NCBI GenBank assembly: GCA_964057225.1
Contig: OZ059895.1
Coordinates: forward strand, 10,664,001-10,728,000
Length of the DNA stretch: 64,000 nt
Direction: 5' to 3'
Source of the DNA: Auanema rhodensis
Lineage: Eukaryota > Animalia > Nematoda
In this document: in pieces, positions 40,910 through 53,900 of the stretch
Layout of the letters: each line of letters begins with the position of its first letter
How positions within the stretch are numbered: position 1 is the first letter of the stretch
The notes under the pieces: model-generated
Seen by the model: the letters and a program-made list of their open reading frames with translations, nothing else
What the model was told of the DNA's origin: nothing
Databases searched by the model: none
Position numbers and translations under genes: made by a program

Positions 40910-42790
40910 AACTATGAACCAGTAGGTAATGAACCTCCATGGCCGGTTAGTAGTTGGATCGGAGACGGCTGGGGAATCCCGGGTGGCGTAAGCTTTTCAA
41001 ATTTTTTAACAATCATAACACGTTGAAAATACGCCATGTAGCTGATTTTTAATTTTATCTCTTCCATAACAAATGTTTCCAATTTTCAAGCAGTTTTACT
41101 TAGATAGCTCAACCCGAGGCAGCAAATTATCTTTAGTCTTATTTCTATATTACAGTTATGAACCAGTAGTTAATGAACCTTCATGGCCCGGTTAGTAGTT
41201 GGATCGGAGACGGCTTGAGAATCCCGGGTGGCGTATGCTTTTCAAATTTTTTTAACAATCATAACACGTTGAAAGTACGCCATGCAGCTGATTTTCAATT
41301 TTATCTCTTCCGTAATAAATGTTTTCAATTTTCAAGCGATCTTACTTAGATAGCAAAACCCAAGGCAGCAAATTATCTTTAATCTTGATTCTATATTACA
41401 GCTATGAACCAGTAGGTAATGAACCTCCATGGCCGGTTAGTAGTTGGATCGGAGACGGCTGGGGAATCCCGGGTGGCGTAAGCTTTTCAAATTTTTTTAA
41501 CATTCATAACACGTTGAAAGTACGCCATGCAGCTGATTTTTAATTTTATCTCTTCCGTAAGAAATGTTTCCAATTTTCAAGCAGTTTTACTTAGATAGCT
41601 CAACCCAAGGCAGCAAATTATCTTTAATCTTATTCCTATATTACAGTTATGAACCAGTAGTTAATGAACCTTCATGGCCCGGTTAGTAGTTGAATCGGAG
41701 ACGGCTTGGGAATCCCGGGTGGCGTAAGCTTTTCAAATTTTTTCAACAATCATAACACGTTGAAAGTACGCCATGCAGCTGATTTTCAATTTTATCTCTT
41801 CCGTAACAAACTTATTCAATTTTCAAGCAGTCTTACTTAGATAGCAAAACCCAAGGCAGCAAATTATCTTCAATCTTGATTCTATATTACAGCTATGAAC
41901 CGGAAGTTAATGAACCTCCATGGCCGGTTAGTAGTTGGATCGGAGACGGCTTGGGAATCCCGGGTGGCGTAAGATTTTCAAATCTTTTCAACAATCATAA
42001 CACGTTAAAAGTACGCCATGCAGCTGATTTTTAATTTTGTCTCTTCCGTAACAAATTTATTCAATTTTCAAGCAGTCTTACTTAGATAGCAAAACCCAAG
42101 GCAGCAAATTATCTTCAATCTTGATTCTATATTACAGCTATGAACCAGTAGTTAATGAACCTCCATGGCCGGTTAGTAGTTGGATCGGAGACGGCTTGGG
42201 AATCCCGGGTGGCGTAAGATTTTCAAATCTTTTCAACAATCATAACACGTTAAAAGTACGCCATGCAGCTGGTTTTTAATTTTGTCTCTTCCGTAACAAA
42301 TTTATTCAATTTTCAAGCAGTTTTACTTAGACAGCTCAAACCACGGCAGCAAATTATCTTCAATCTTATTTCTATATTACAGTTATGAACCAGTAGTTAA
42401 TGAACCTTCATGGCCCGGTTAGTAGTTGGATCGGAGACGGCTTGGGAATCCCGGATGGCGTAAACTTTTCAAATTTTTTTAACAATCATAACACGTTGAA
42501 AGTACGCCATGCAGCTGATTTTTAATTTTATCTCTTCCGTAACAAATGTTTCCAATTTTCAAGCAGTTTTACTTAGATAGCTCAACCCAAGGCAGCAAAA
42601 TATCTTTAATCTTATTTCTATATTACAGTTATGAACCAGTAGTTAATGAACCTCCATGGCCGGTTAGTAGTTGGATCGGAGACGGCTGGGGAATCCCGGA
42701 TGGCGTAAACTTTTCAAATTTTTTTAACAATCATAACACGTTGAAAGTGCGCCATGCAGCTGATTTTCAATTTTATCTCTTCCGTAATAA

Positions 42791-43927
42791 ATGTTTTCAA
42801 TTTTCAAGCAGTCTTACTTAGATAGCAAAACCCAAGGCAGCAAATTATTTTTAATCTTGATTCTATATTACAACTATCTAATTGATCACTCGGTTCTTTT
42901 CCACAAATTTAAAACCATTGGTATCTGCGGTTCTCTTCAAACTTTTCTCAAAAACTTCATCACTGGCAGATCTTACTCAGTTCTTGTCAATGGTTCTCTT
43001 TCTACTTCTGTAAACTTATCTTGTGGTGTCCCACAAGGCACTGTTCTCGGTCCTCTTCTATTCCTTTTCTACATTAATGACATTACGTCTTCTCTCCCTG
43101 AAGACGTTCATCCTACACTTTTTGCCGATGATCTCAAACTATACAGTACTAATCCGGTAAGTCTACAGATTGCCTTAAACACAATCAACGCCTGGTGCAA
43201 AAATAATGGAATGATGGTCAACACCACCAAATCCAAAATTATGATTGTGTGCAATAATAGCTCAACCCTCAACCCCACCAAGCCATTTACCTTTGGTGAG
43301 TTTCCTTTAGACTTTGTACCTCATTATAAAGACCTTGGAGTCTTAACTGATAACAATCTAACATTTGATTGTCACATAAACGCCATCTCTTGCGCCGCAG
43401 CTCTCAAATGTCGCATCCTGCTACGTTGCTTCTACTCTAGATCACCTTCATTTATGTTCAACCTTTTTTGCAGCTACGTTCGACCAATCCTTGAATATGC
43501 ATCCGTGATATGGTCTCCCCAAGTATCTAAAAAAATATCTCGTATTAAGATGGTTCAAAAAAAATTCTTGCGAGCAGTCTTCTCAAGAGCAGGAATTTTT
43601 TCCGACTACAAAAGTCAGCTCACTTTTTTGAATGCTCAAGAACTATCAACCAGGAGACAGGTAACTGATCTAGGTTTCTATTTCTCTCAAATTAAAGACG
43701 TATCAACGGACAGTATTTTAAGAATTTTTCAAATTAAACATTTCACCCACTCTCTTCGCAGACACCAATGGAATATCGACTATCCCGAGCTTCGGAAAAA
43801 GGCGACAAGAAATGGTATTGAGTACAGAAGCATCAAAACATGGAACGATCTACCTGAAAACCTTATCAACCTTACTAATGTTCATAATTTTAAAAAACAC
43901 CTACTCTCTGCTCCAATTGATTTGTAA
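42791..43927 (+). CDS. Chimeric satellite/partial LINE reverse transcriptase ORF, copy 2
   Basis: 378 aa, two substitutions relative to copy 1. Confidence 0.8.
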   Translation: MFSIFKQSYLDSKTQGSKLFLILILYYNYLIDHSVLFHKFKTIGICGSLQTFLKNFITGRSYSVLVNGSLSTSVNLSCGVPQGTVLGPLLFLFYINDITSSLPEDVHPTLFADDLKLYSTNPVSLQIALNTINAWCKNNGMMVNTTKSKIMIVCNNSSTLNPTKPFTFGEFPLDFVPHYKDLGVLTDNNLTFDCHINAISCAAALKCRILLRCFYSRSPSFMFNLFCSYVRPILEYASVIWSPQVSKKISRIKMVQKKFLRAVFSRAGIFSDYKSQLTFLNAQELSTRRQVTDLGFYFSQIKDVSTDSILRIFQIKHFTHSLRRHQWNIDYPELRKKATRNGIEYRSIKTWNDLPENLINLTNVHNFKKHLLSAPIDL

Positions 43928-44414
43928 ACCATCCATTGTAATTAATGTTCTCACCTCTCGAAAAACTATTTTTTTTTCTTTTATCAGGCTCCTTTTTATT
44001 TGTAGTTCGTATTTTTTCACACTTCTCTATGACCACATGGCAACAGTCTACCATCTATTTTTCTTTGTCCCTTCTCAATAATTGTTACTTCGTCACTATT
44101 CCTATAGACATTAGTCATACGGATCGGACGCTAGTTACCTCCAAATTGCTAGAACGGGCTTGCCTCACATCACGAGTACCACCGTACCTAACAACCACAT
44201 TAGTGAGGTCAGCCATTGTGCTGAACAAACCCCAAGCATACAGCAAGAATTTTATTTGGCAGACTGTTCACTATTGATCATAGATAAGCGAGCTCTTATC
44301 GCACTTACAATATTAAAAGTCCTTTTTTATGTTCTTATTGAATGGTTCTTGATTTTTTCACTCCATGACTTAACAGCTACTGTCTTAACCTGTGATATTG
44401 AACAATAAACATTA
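42878..44414 (+). mobile_element. 5'-truncated CR1-like LINE, copy 2
   Basis: Same junctions, length and TSD as copy 1; offset 3505. Confidence 0.95.
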
Positions 44415-46050
44415 AACTATGAACCAGTAGGTAATGAACCTCCATGGCCGGTTAGTAGTTGGATCGGAGACGGCTGGGGAATCCCGGGTGGCGTAAGCTT
44501 TTCAAATTTTTTAACAATCATAACACGTTGAAAATACGCCATGTAGCTGATTTTTAATTTTATCTCTTCCATAACAAATGTTTCCAATTTTCAAGCAGTT
44601 TTACTTAGATAGCTCAACCCGAGGCAGCAAATTATCTTTAGTCTTATTTCTATATTACAGTTATGAACCAGTAGTTAATGAACCTTCATGGCCCGGTTAG
44701 TAGTTGGATCGGAGACGGCTTGAGAATCCCGGGTGGCGTATGCTTTTCAAATTTTTTTAACAATCATAACACGTTGAAAGTACGCCATGCAGCTGATTTT
44801 CAATTTTATCTCTTCCGTAATAAATGTTTTCAATTTTCAAGCGATCTTACTTAGATAGCAAAACCCAAGGCAGCAAATTATCTTTAATCTTGATTCTATA
44901 TTACAGCTATGAACCAGTAGGTAATGAACCTCCATGGCCGGTTAGTAGTTGGATCGGAGACGGCTGGGGAATCCCGGGTGGCGTAAGCTTTTCAAATTTT
45001 TTTAACATTCATAACACGTTGAAAGTACGCCATGCAGCTGATTTTTAATTTTATCTCTTCCGTAAGAAATGTTTCCAATTTTCAAGCAGTTTTACTTAGA
45101 TAGCTCAACCCAAGGCAGCAAATTATCTTTAATCTTATTCCTATATTACAGTTATGAACCAGTAGTTAATGAACCTTCATGGCCCGGTTAGTAGTTGGAT
45201 CGGAGACGGCTTGGGAATCCCGGGTGGCGTAAGCTTTTCAAATTTTTTCAACAATCATAACACGTTGAAAGTACGCCATGCAGCTGATTTTCAATTTTAT
45301 CTCTTCCGTAACAAACTTATTCAATTTTCAAGCAGTCTTACTTAGATAGCAAAACCCAAGGCAGCAAATTATCTTCAATCTTGATTCTATATTACAGCTA
45401 TGAACCAGTAGTTAATGAACCTCCATGGCCGGTTAGTAGTTGGATCGGAGACGGCTTGGGAATCCCGGGTGGCGTAAGATTTTCAAATCTTTTCAACAAT
45501 CATAACACGTTAAAAGTACGCCATGCAGCTGATTTTTAATTTTGTCTCTTCCGTAACAAATTTATTCAATTTTCAAGCAGTTTTACTTAGATAGCTCAAA
45601 CCACGGCAGCAAATTATCTTCAATATTATTTCTATATTACAGTTATGAACCAGTAGTTAATGAACTTTCATGGCCCGGTTAGTAGTTGGATCGGAGACGG
45701 CTTGGGAATCCCGGATGGCGTAAACTTTTCAAATTTTTTTAACAATCATAACACGTTGAAAGTACGCCATGCAGCTGATTTTTAATTTTATCTCTTCCGT
45801 AACAAATGTTTCCAATTTTCAAGCAGTTTTACTTAGATAGCTCAACCCAAGGCAGCAAAATATCTTTAATCTTATTTCTATATTACAGTTATGAACCAGT
45901 AGTTAATGAACCTCCATGGCCGGTTAGTAGTTGGATCGGAGACGGCTGGGGAATCCCGGATGGCGTAAACTTTTCAAATTTTTTTAACAATCATAACACG
46001 TTGAAAGTGCGCCATGCAGCTGATTTTCAATTTTATCTCTTCCGTAATAA

Positions 46051-47187
46051 ATGTTTTCAATTTTCAAGCAGTCTTACTTAGATAGCAAAACCCAAGGCAG
46101 CAAATTATTTTTAATCTTGATTCTATATTACAACTATCTAATTGATCACTCGGTTCTTTTCCACAAATTTAAAACCATTGGTATCTGCGGTTCTCTTCAA
46201 ACTTTTCTCAAAAACTTCATCACTGGCAGATCTTACTCAGTTCTTGTCAATGGTTCTCTTTCTACTTCTGTAAACTTATCTTGTGGTGTCCCACAAGGCA
46301 CTGTTCTCGGTCCTCTTCTATTCCTTTTCTACATTAATGACATTACGTCTTCTCTCCCTGAAGACGTTCATCCTACACTTTTTGCCGATGATCTCAAACT
46401 ATACAGTACTAATCCGGTAAGTCTACAGATTGCCTTAAACACAATCAACGCCTGGTGCAAAAATAATGGAATGATGGTCAACACCACCAAATCCAAAATT
46501 ATGATTGTGTGCAATAATAGCTCAACCCTCAACCCCACCAAGCCATTTACCTTTGGTGAGTTTCCTTTAGACTTTGTACCTCATTATAAAGACCTTGGAG
46601 TCTTAACTGATAACAATCTAACATTTGATTGTCACATAAACGCCATCTCTTGCGCCGCAGCTCTCAAATGTCGCATCCTGCTACGTTGCTTCTACTCTAG
46701 ATCACCTTCATTTATGTTCAACCTTTTTTGCAGCTACGTTCGACCAATCCTTGAATATGCATCCGTGATATGGTCTCCCCAAGTATCTAAAAAAATATCT
46801 CGTATTAAGATGGTTCAAAAAAAATTCTTGCGAGCAGTCTTCTCAAGAGCAGGAATTTTTTCCGACTACAAAAGTCAGCTCACTTTTTTGAATGCTCAAG
46901 AACTATCAACCAGGAGACAGGTAACTGATCTAGGTTTCTATTTCTCTCAAATTAAAGACGTATCAACGGACAGTATTTTAAGAATTTTTCAAATTAAACA
47001 TTTCACCCACTCTCTTCGCAGACACCAATGGAATATCGACTATCCCGAGCTTCGGAAAAAGGCGACAAGAAATGGTATTGAGTACAGAAGCATCAAAACA
47101 TGGAACGATCTACCTGAAAACCTTATCAACCTTACTAATGTTCATAATTTTAAAAAACACCTACTCTCTGCTCCAATTGATTTGTAA
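46051..47187 (+). CDS. Chimeric satellite/partial LINE reverse transcriptase ORF, copy 3
   Basis: 378 aa, same as copy 2. Confidence 0.8.
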   Translation: MFSIFKQSYLDSKTQGSKLFLILILYYNYLIDHSVLFHKFKTIGICGSLQTFLKNFITGRSYSVLVNGSLSTSVNLSCGVPQGTVLGPLLFLFYINDITSSLPEDVHPTLFADDLKLYSTNPVSLQIALNTINAWCKNNGMMVNTTKSKIMIVCNNSSTLNPTKPFTFGEFPLDFVPHYKDLGVLTDNNLTFDCHINAISCAAALKCRILLRCFYSRSPSFMFNLFCSYVRPILEYASVIWSPQVSKKISRIKMVQKKFLRAVFSRAGIFSDYKSQLTFLNAQELSTRRQVTDLGFYFSQIKDVSTDSILRIFQIKHFTHSLRRHQWNIDYPELRKKATRNGIEYRSIKTWNDLPENLINLTNVHNFKKHLLSAPIDL

Positions 47188-47674
47188 ACCATCCATTGTA
47201 ATTAATGTTCTCACCTCTCGAAAAACTATTTTTTTTTCTTTTATCAGGCTCCTTTTTATTTGTAGTTCGTATTTTTTCACACTTCTCTATGACCACATGG
47301 CAACAGTCTACCATCTATTTTTCTTTGTCCCTTCTCAATAATTGTTACTTCGTCACTATTCCTATAGACATTAGTCATACGGATCGGACGCTAGTTACCT
47401 CCAAATTGCTAGAACGGGCTTGCCTCACATCACGAGTACCACCGTACCTAACAACCACATTAGTGAGGTCAGCCATTGTGCTGAACAAACCCCAAGCATA
47501 CAGCAAGAATTTTATTTGGCAGACTGTTCACTATTGATCATAGATAAGCGAGCTCTTATCGCACTTACAATATTAAAAGTCCTTTTTTATGTTCTTATTG
47601 AATGGTTCTTGATTTTTTCACTCCATGACTTAACAGCTACTGTCTTAACCTGTGATATTGAACAATAAACATTA
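46138..47674 (+). mobile_element. 5'-truncated CR1-like LINE, copy 3
   Basis: Same junctions and TSD; offset 3260 from copy 2; identical translated ORF. Confidence 0.95.
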
Positions 47675-49310
47675 AACTATGAACCAGTAGGTAATGAACC
47701 TCCATGGCCGGTTAGTAGTTGGATCGGAGACGGCTGGGGAATCCCGGGTGGCGTAAGCTTTTCAAATTTTTTAACAATCATAACACGTTGAAAATACGCC
47801 ATGTAGCTGATTTTTAATTTTATCTCTTCCATAACAAATGTTTCCAATTTTCAAGCAGTTTTACTTAGATAGCTCAACCCGAGGCAGCAAATTATCTTTA
47901 GTCTTATTTCTATATTACAGTTATGAACCAGTAGTTAATGAACCTTCATGGCCCGGTTAGTAGTTGGATCGGAGACGGCTTGAGAATCCCGGTTGGCGTA
48001 TGCTTTTCAAATTTTTTTAACAATCATAACACGTTGAAAGTATGCCATGCAGCTGATTTTCAATTTTATCTCTTCCGTAATAAATGTTTTCAATTTTCAA
48101 GCGATCTTACTTAGATAGCAAAACCCAAGGCAGCAAATTATCTTTAATCTTGATTCTATATTACAGCTATGAACCAGTAGGTAATGAACCTCCATGGCCG
48201 GTTAGTAGTTGGATCGGAGACGGCTGGGGAATCCCGGGTGGCGTAAGCTTTTCAAATTTTTTTAACATTCATAACACGTTGAAAGTACGCCATGCAGCTG
48301 ATTTTTAATTTTATCTCTTCCGTAAGAAATGTTTCCAATTTTCAAGCAGTTTTACTTAGATAGCTCAACCCAAGGCAGCAAATTATCTTTAATCTTATTC
48401 CTATATTACAGTTATGAACCAGTAGTTAATGAACCTTCATGGCCCGGTTAGTAGTTGGATCGGAGACGGCTTGGGAATCCCGGGTGGCGTAAGCTTTTCA
48501 AATTTTTTCAACAATCATAACACGTTGAAAGTACGCCATGCAGCTGATTTTCAATTTTATCTCTTCCGTAACAAACTTATTCAATTTTCAAGCAGTCTTA
48601 CTTAGATAGCAAAACCCAAGGCAGCAAATTATCTTCAATCTTGATTCTATATTACAGCTATGAACCAGTAGTTAATGAACCTCCATGGCCGGTTAGTAGT
48701 TGGATCGGAGACGGCTTGGGAATCCCGGGTGGCGTAAGATTTTCAAATCTTTTCAACAATCATAACACGTTAAAAGTACGCCATGCAGCTGATTTTTAAT
48801 TTTGTCTCTTCCGTAACAAATTTATTCAATTTTCAAGCAGTTTTACTTAGATAGCTCAAACCACGGCAGCAAATTATCTTCAATATTATTTCTATATTAC
48901 AGTTATGAACCAGTAGTTAATGAACTTTCATGGCCCGGTTAGTAGTTGGATCGGAGACGGCTTGGGAATCCCGGATGGCGTAAACTTTTCAAATTTTTTT
49001 AACAATCATAACACGTTGAAAGTACGCCATGCAGCTGATTTTTAATTTTATCTCTTCCGTAACAAATGTTTCCAATTTTCAAGCAGTTTTACTTAGATAG
49101 CTCAACCCAAGGCAGCAAAATATCTTTAATCTTATTTCTATATTACAGTTATGAACCAGTAGTTAATGAACCTCCATGGCCGGTTAGTAGTTGGATCGGA
49201 GACGGCTGGGGAATCCCGGATGGCGTAAACTTTTCAAATTTTTTTAACAATCATAACACGTTGAAAGTGCGCCATGCAGCTGATTTTCAATTTTATCTCT
49301 TCCGTAAGAA

Positions 49311-50447
49311 ATGTTTTCAATTTTCAAGCAGTCTTACTTAGATAGCAAAACCCAAGGCAGCAAATTATTTTTAATCTTGATTCTATATTACAACTATCTA
49401 ATTGATCACTCGGTTCTTTTCCACAAATTTAAAACCATTGGTATCTGCGGTTCTCTTCAAACTTTTCTCAAAAACTTCATCACTGGCAGATCTTACTCAG
49501 TTCTTGTCAATGGTTCTCTTTCTACTTCTGTAAACTTATCTTGTGGTGTCCCACAAGGCACTGTTCTCGGTCCTCTTCTATTCCTTTTCTACATTAATGA
49601 CATTACGTCTTCTCTCCCTGAAGACGTTCATCCTACACTTTTTGCCGATGATCTCAAACTATACAGTACTAATCCGGTAAGTCTACAGATTGCCTTAAAC
49701 ACAATCAACGCCTGGTGCAAAAATAATGGAATGATGGTCAACACCACCAAATCCAAAATTATGATTGTGTGCAATAATAGCTCAACCCTCAACCCCACCA
49801 AGCCATTTACCTTTGGTGAGTTTCCTTTAGACTTTGTACCTCATTATAAAGACCTTGGAGTCTTAACTGATAACAATCTAACATTTGATTGTCACATAAA
49901 CGCCATCTCTTGCGCCGCAGCTCTCAAATGTCGCATCCTGCTACGTTGCTTCTACTCTAGATCACCTTCATTTATGTTCAACCTTTTTTGCAGCTACGTT
50001 CGACCAATCCTTGAATATGCATCCGTGATATGGTCTCCCCAAGTATCTAAAAAAATATCTCGTATTAAGATGGTTCAAAAAAAATTCTTGCGAGCAGTCT
50101 TCTCAAGAGCAGGAATTTTTTCCGACTACAAAAGTCAGCTCACTTTTTTGAATGCTCAAGAACTATCAACCAGGAGACAGGTAACTGATCTAGGTTTCTA
50201 TTTCTCTCAAATTAAAGACGTATCAACGGACAGTATTTTAAGAATTTTTCAAATTAAACATTTCACCCACTCTCTTCGCAGACACCAATGGAATATCGAC
50301 TATCCCGAGCTTCGGAAAAAGGCGACAAGAAATGGTATTGAGTACAGAAGCATCAAAACATGGAACGATCTACCTGAAAACCTTATCAACCTTACTAATG
50401 TTCATAATTTTAAAAAACACCTACTCTCTGCTCCAATTGATTTGTAA
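49311..50447 (+). CDS. Chimeric satellite/partial LINE reverse transcriptase ORF, copy 4
   Basis: 378 aa, same as copy 2. Confidence 0.8.
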   Translation: MFSIFKQSYLDSKTQGSKLFLILILYYNYLIDHSVLFHKFKTIGICGSLQTFLKNFITGRSYSVLVNGSLSTSVNLSCGVPQGTVLGPLLFLFYINDITSSLPEDVHPTLFADDLKLYSTNPVSLQIALNTINAWCKNNGMMVNTTKSKIMIVCNNSSTLNPTKPFTFGEFPLDFVPHYKDLGVLTDNNLTFDCHINAISCAAALKCRILLRCFYSRSPSFMFNLFCSYVRPILEYASVIWSPQVSKKISRIKMVQKKFLRAVFSRAGIFSDYKSQLTFLNAQELSTRRQVTDLGFYFSQIKDVSTDSILRIFQIKHFTHSLRRHQWNIDYPELRKKATRNGIEYRSIKTWNDLPENLINLTNVHNFKKHLLSAPIDL

Positions 50448-50934
50448 ACCATCCATTGTAATTAATGTTCTCACCTCTCGAAAAACTATTTTTTTTTCTT
50501 TTATCAGGCTCCTTTTTATTTGTAGTTCGTATTTTTTCACACTTCTCTATGACCACATGGCAACAGTCTACCATCTATTTTTCTTTGTCCCTTCTCAATA
50601 ATTGTTACTTCGTCACTATTCCTATAGACATTAGTCATACGGATCGGACGCTAGTTACCTCCAAATTGCTAGAACGGGCTTGCCTCACATCACGAGTACC
50701 ACCGTACCTAACAACCACATTAGTGAGGTCAGCCATTGTGCTGAACAAACCCCAAGCATACAGCAAGAATTTTATTTGGCAGACTGTTCACTATTGATCA
50801 TAGATAAGCGAGCTCTTATCGCACTTACAATATTAAAAGTCCTTTTTTATGTTCTTATTGAATGGTTCTTGATTTTTTCACTCCATGACTTAACAGCTAC
50901 TGTCTTAACCTGTGATATTGAACAATAAACATTA
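49398..50934 (+). mobile_element. 5'-truncated CR1-like LINE, copy 4
   Basis: Same junctions and TSD; offset 3260 from copy 3; identical translated ORF. Confidence 0.95.
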
Positions 50935-53900
50935 AACTATGAACCAGTAGGTAATGAACCTCCATGGCCGGTTAGTAGTTGGATCGGAGACTGCTGGGGA
51001 ATCCCGGGTGGCGTAAGCTTTTCAAATTTTTTAACAATCATAACACGTTGAAAATACGCCATGTAGCTGATTTTTAATTTTATCTCTTCCATAACAAATG
51101 TTTCCAATTTTCAAGCAGTTTTACTTAGATAGCTCAACCCGAGGCAGCAAATTATCTTTAGTCTTATTTCTATATTACAGTTATGAACCAGTAGTTAATG
51201 AACCTTCATGGCCCGGTTAGTAGTTGGATCGGAGACGGCTTGAGAATCCCGGGTGGCGTATGCTTTTCAAATTTTTTTAACAATCATAACACGTTGAAAG
51301 TACGCCATGCAGCTGATTTTCAATTTTATCTCTTCCGTAATAAATGTTTTCAATTTTCAAGCGATCTTACTTAGATAGCAAAACCCAAGGCAGCAAATTA
51401 TCTTTAATCTTGATTCTATATTACAGCTATGAACCAGTAGGTAATGAACCTCCATGGCCGGTTAGTAGTTGGATCGGAGACGGCTGGGGAATCCCGGGTG
51501 GCGTAAGCTTTTCAAATTTTTTTAACATTCATAACACGTTGAAAGTACGCCATGCAGCTGATTTTTAATTTTATCTCTTCCGTAAGAAATGTTTCCAATT
51601 TTCAAGCAGTTTTACTTAGATAGCTCAACCCAAGGCAGCAAATTATCTTTAATCTTATTCCTATATTACAGTTATGAACCAGTAGTTAATGAACCTTCAT
51701 GGCCCGGTTAGTAGTTGAATCGGAGACGGCTTGGGAATCCCGGGTGGCGTAAGCTTTTCAAATTTTTTCAACAATCATAACACGTTGAAAGTACGCCATG
51801 CAGCTGATTTTCAATTTTATCTCTTCCGTAACAAACTTATTCAATTTTCAAGCAGTCTTACTTAGATAGCAAAACCCAAGGCAGCAAATTATCTTCAATC
51901 TTGATTCTATATTACAGCTATGAACCGGAAGTTAATGAACCTCCATGGCCGGTTAGTAGTTGGATCGGAGACGGCTTGGGAATCCCGGGTGGCGTAAGCT
52001 TTTCAAATTTTTTTAACAATCATAACACGTTAAAAGTACGCCATGCAGCTGATTTTTAATTTTGTCTCTTCCGTAACAAATTTATTCAATTTTCAAGCAG
52101 TTTTACTTAGATAGCTCAAACCACGGCAGCAAATTATCTTCAATATTATTTCTATATTACAGTTATGAACCAGTAGTTAATGAACTTTCATGGCCCGGTT
52201 AGTAGTTGGATCGGAGACGGCTTGGGAATCCCGGATGGCGTAAACTTTTCAAATTTTTTTAACAATCATAACACGTTGAAAGTACGCCATGCAGCTGATT
52301 TTTAATTTTATCTCTTCCGTAACAAATGTTTCCAATTTTCAAGCAGTTTTACTTAGATAGCTCAACCCAAGGCAGCAAAATATCTTTAATCTTATTTCTA
52401 TATTACAGTTATGAACCAGTAGTTAATGAACCTTCATGGCCCGGTTAGTAGTTGGATCGGAGACGGCTTGGGAATCCCGGGTGGTGTAAGCTTTTCAAAT
52501 TTTTTTAACAATCATAACACGTTGAAAGTACGCCATGCAGCTGATTTTCAATTTTATCTCTTCCGTAATAAATGTTTTCATTTTTCAAGCAGTCTTACTT
52601 AGATAGCAAAACCCAAGGCAGCAATATATCTTTAGTCTTGATTCTATATTACAGCTATGAACCAGTAGTTAATGAACCTCCATGGCCGGTTAGTAGTTGG
52701 ATCGCAGACGGCTTGGGAATCCCGGGTGGCGTAAGCTTTTCAAATTTTTTTAACAATCATAACACGTTAAAAGTACGCCATGCAGCTGATTTTTAATTTT
52801 GTCTCTTCCGTAACAAATTTATTCAATTTTCAAGCAGTTTTACTTAGACAGCTCAAACCACGGCAGCAAATTATCTTCAATCTTATTTCTATATTACAGT
52901 TATGAACCAGTAGTTAATGAACCTTCATGGCCCGGTTAGTAGTTGGATCGGAGACGGCTTTGGGAATCCCGGATGGCGTAAGCTTTTCAAATCTTTTCAA
53001 CAATCATAACACGTTAAAAGTACGCCATGCAGCTGATTTTTAATTTTGTCTCTTCCGTAACAAATTTATTCAATTTTCAAGCAGTTTTACTTAGATAGCT
53101 CAAACCACGGCAGCAAATTATCTTCAATCTTATTTCTATATTACAGTTATGAACGAGTAGTTAATGAACCTTCATGGCCCGGTTAGTAGTTGGATCGGAG
53201 ACGGCTTGAGAATCCCGGGTGGCGTATGCTTTTCAAATTTTTTTAACAATCATAAAACGTTAAAAGTGCGCCATGCAGCTGATTTTCAATTTTAACTCTT
53301 CCGTAATAAATGTTTTCAATTTTCAAGCAGTCTTACTTAGATAGCAAAACCCAAGGCAGCAAATTATCTTTAATCTTGATTCTATATTACAACTATGAAC
53401 CAGTAGGTAATGAACCTCCATGGCCGGTTAGTAGTTGGATCGGAGACGGCTGGGGAATCCCGGGTGGCGTAAGCTTTTCAAATTTTTTAACAATCATAAC
53501 ACGTTGAAAATACGCCATGTAGCTGATTTTTAATTATATCTCTTCCGTAACAAATGTTTCCAATTTTCAAGCAGTTTTACTTAGATAGCTCAACCCAAGG
53601 CAGCAAATTATCTTTAGTCTTATTTCTATATTACAGTTATGAACCAGTAGTTAATGAACCTCCATGGCCGGTTAGTAGTTGGATCGGAGACGGCTTTGGG
53701 AATCCCGGATGGCGTAAGCTTTTCAAATCTTTTCAACAATCATAACACGTTAAAAGTACGCCATGCAGCTGATTTTTAATTTTGTCTCTTCCGTAACAAA
53801 TTTATTCAATTTTCGAGCAGTTTTACTTAGATAGCTCAAACCACGGCAGCAAATTATCTTCAATCTTATTTCTATATTACAGTTATGAACCAGTAGTTAA

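Larger units (their letters stand above)
39373..52000 (+). repeat. Composite higher-order repeat: LINE + 7-8 satellite monomers (periods 3505, 3260, 3260 bp)
   Basis: Private monomer variants (CTTCCATAAC, AACCCGAGG, AAGCGATCTT) follow each LINE copy in the same order; 3260 = 1543 + 7 monomers, 3505 = 1543 + 8 monomers. Right end approximate. Confidence 0.9.

Noticed and set aside
39373-50934. Retron, group II intron, DGR, or R2/5S-specific site-targeted element
   Set aside because: Motifs are CR1-like non-LTR RT with no C-terminal CCHC/restriction-like endonuclease; the insertion is in the non-5S part of the monomer; identical truncations indicate one event.
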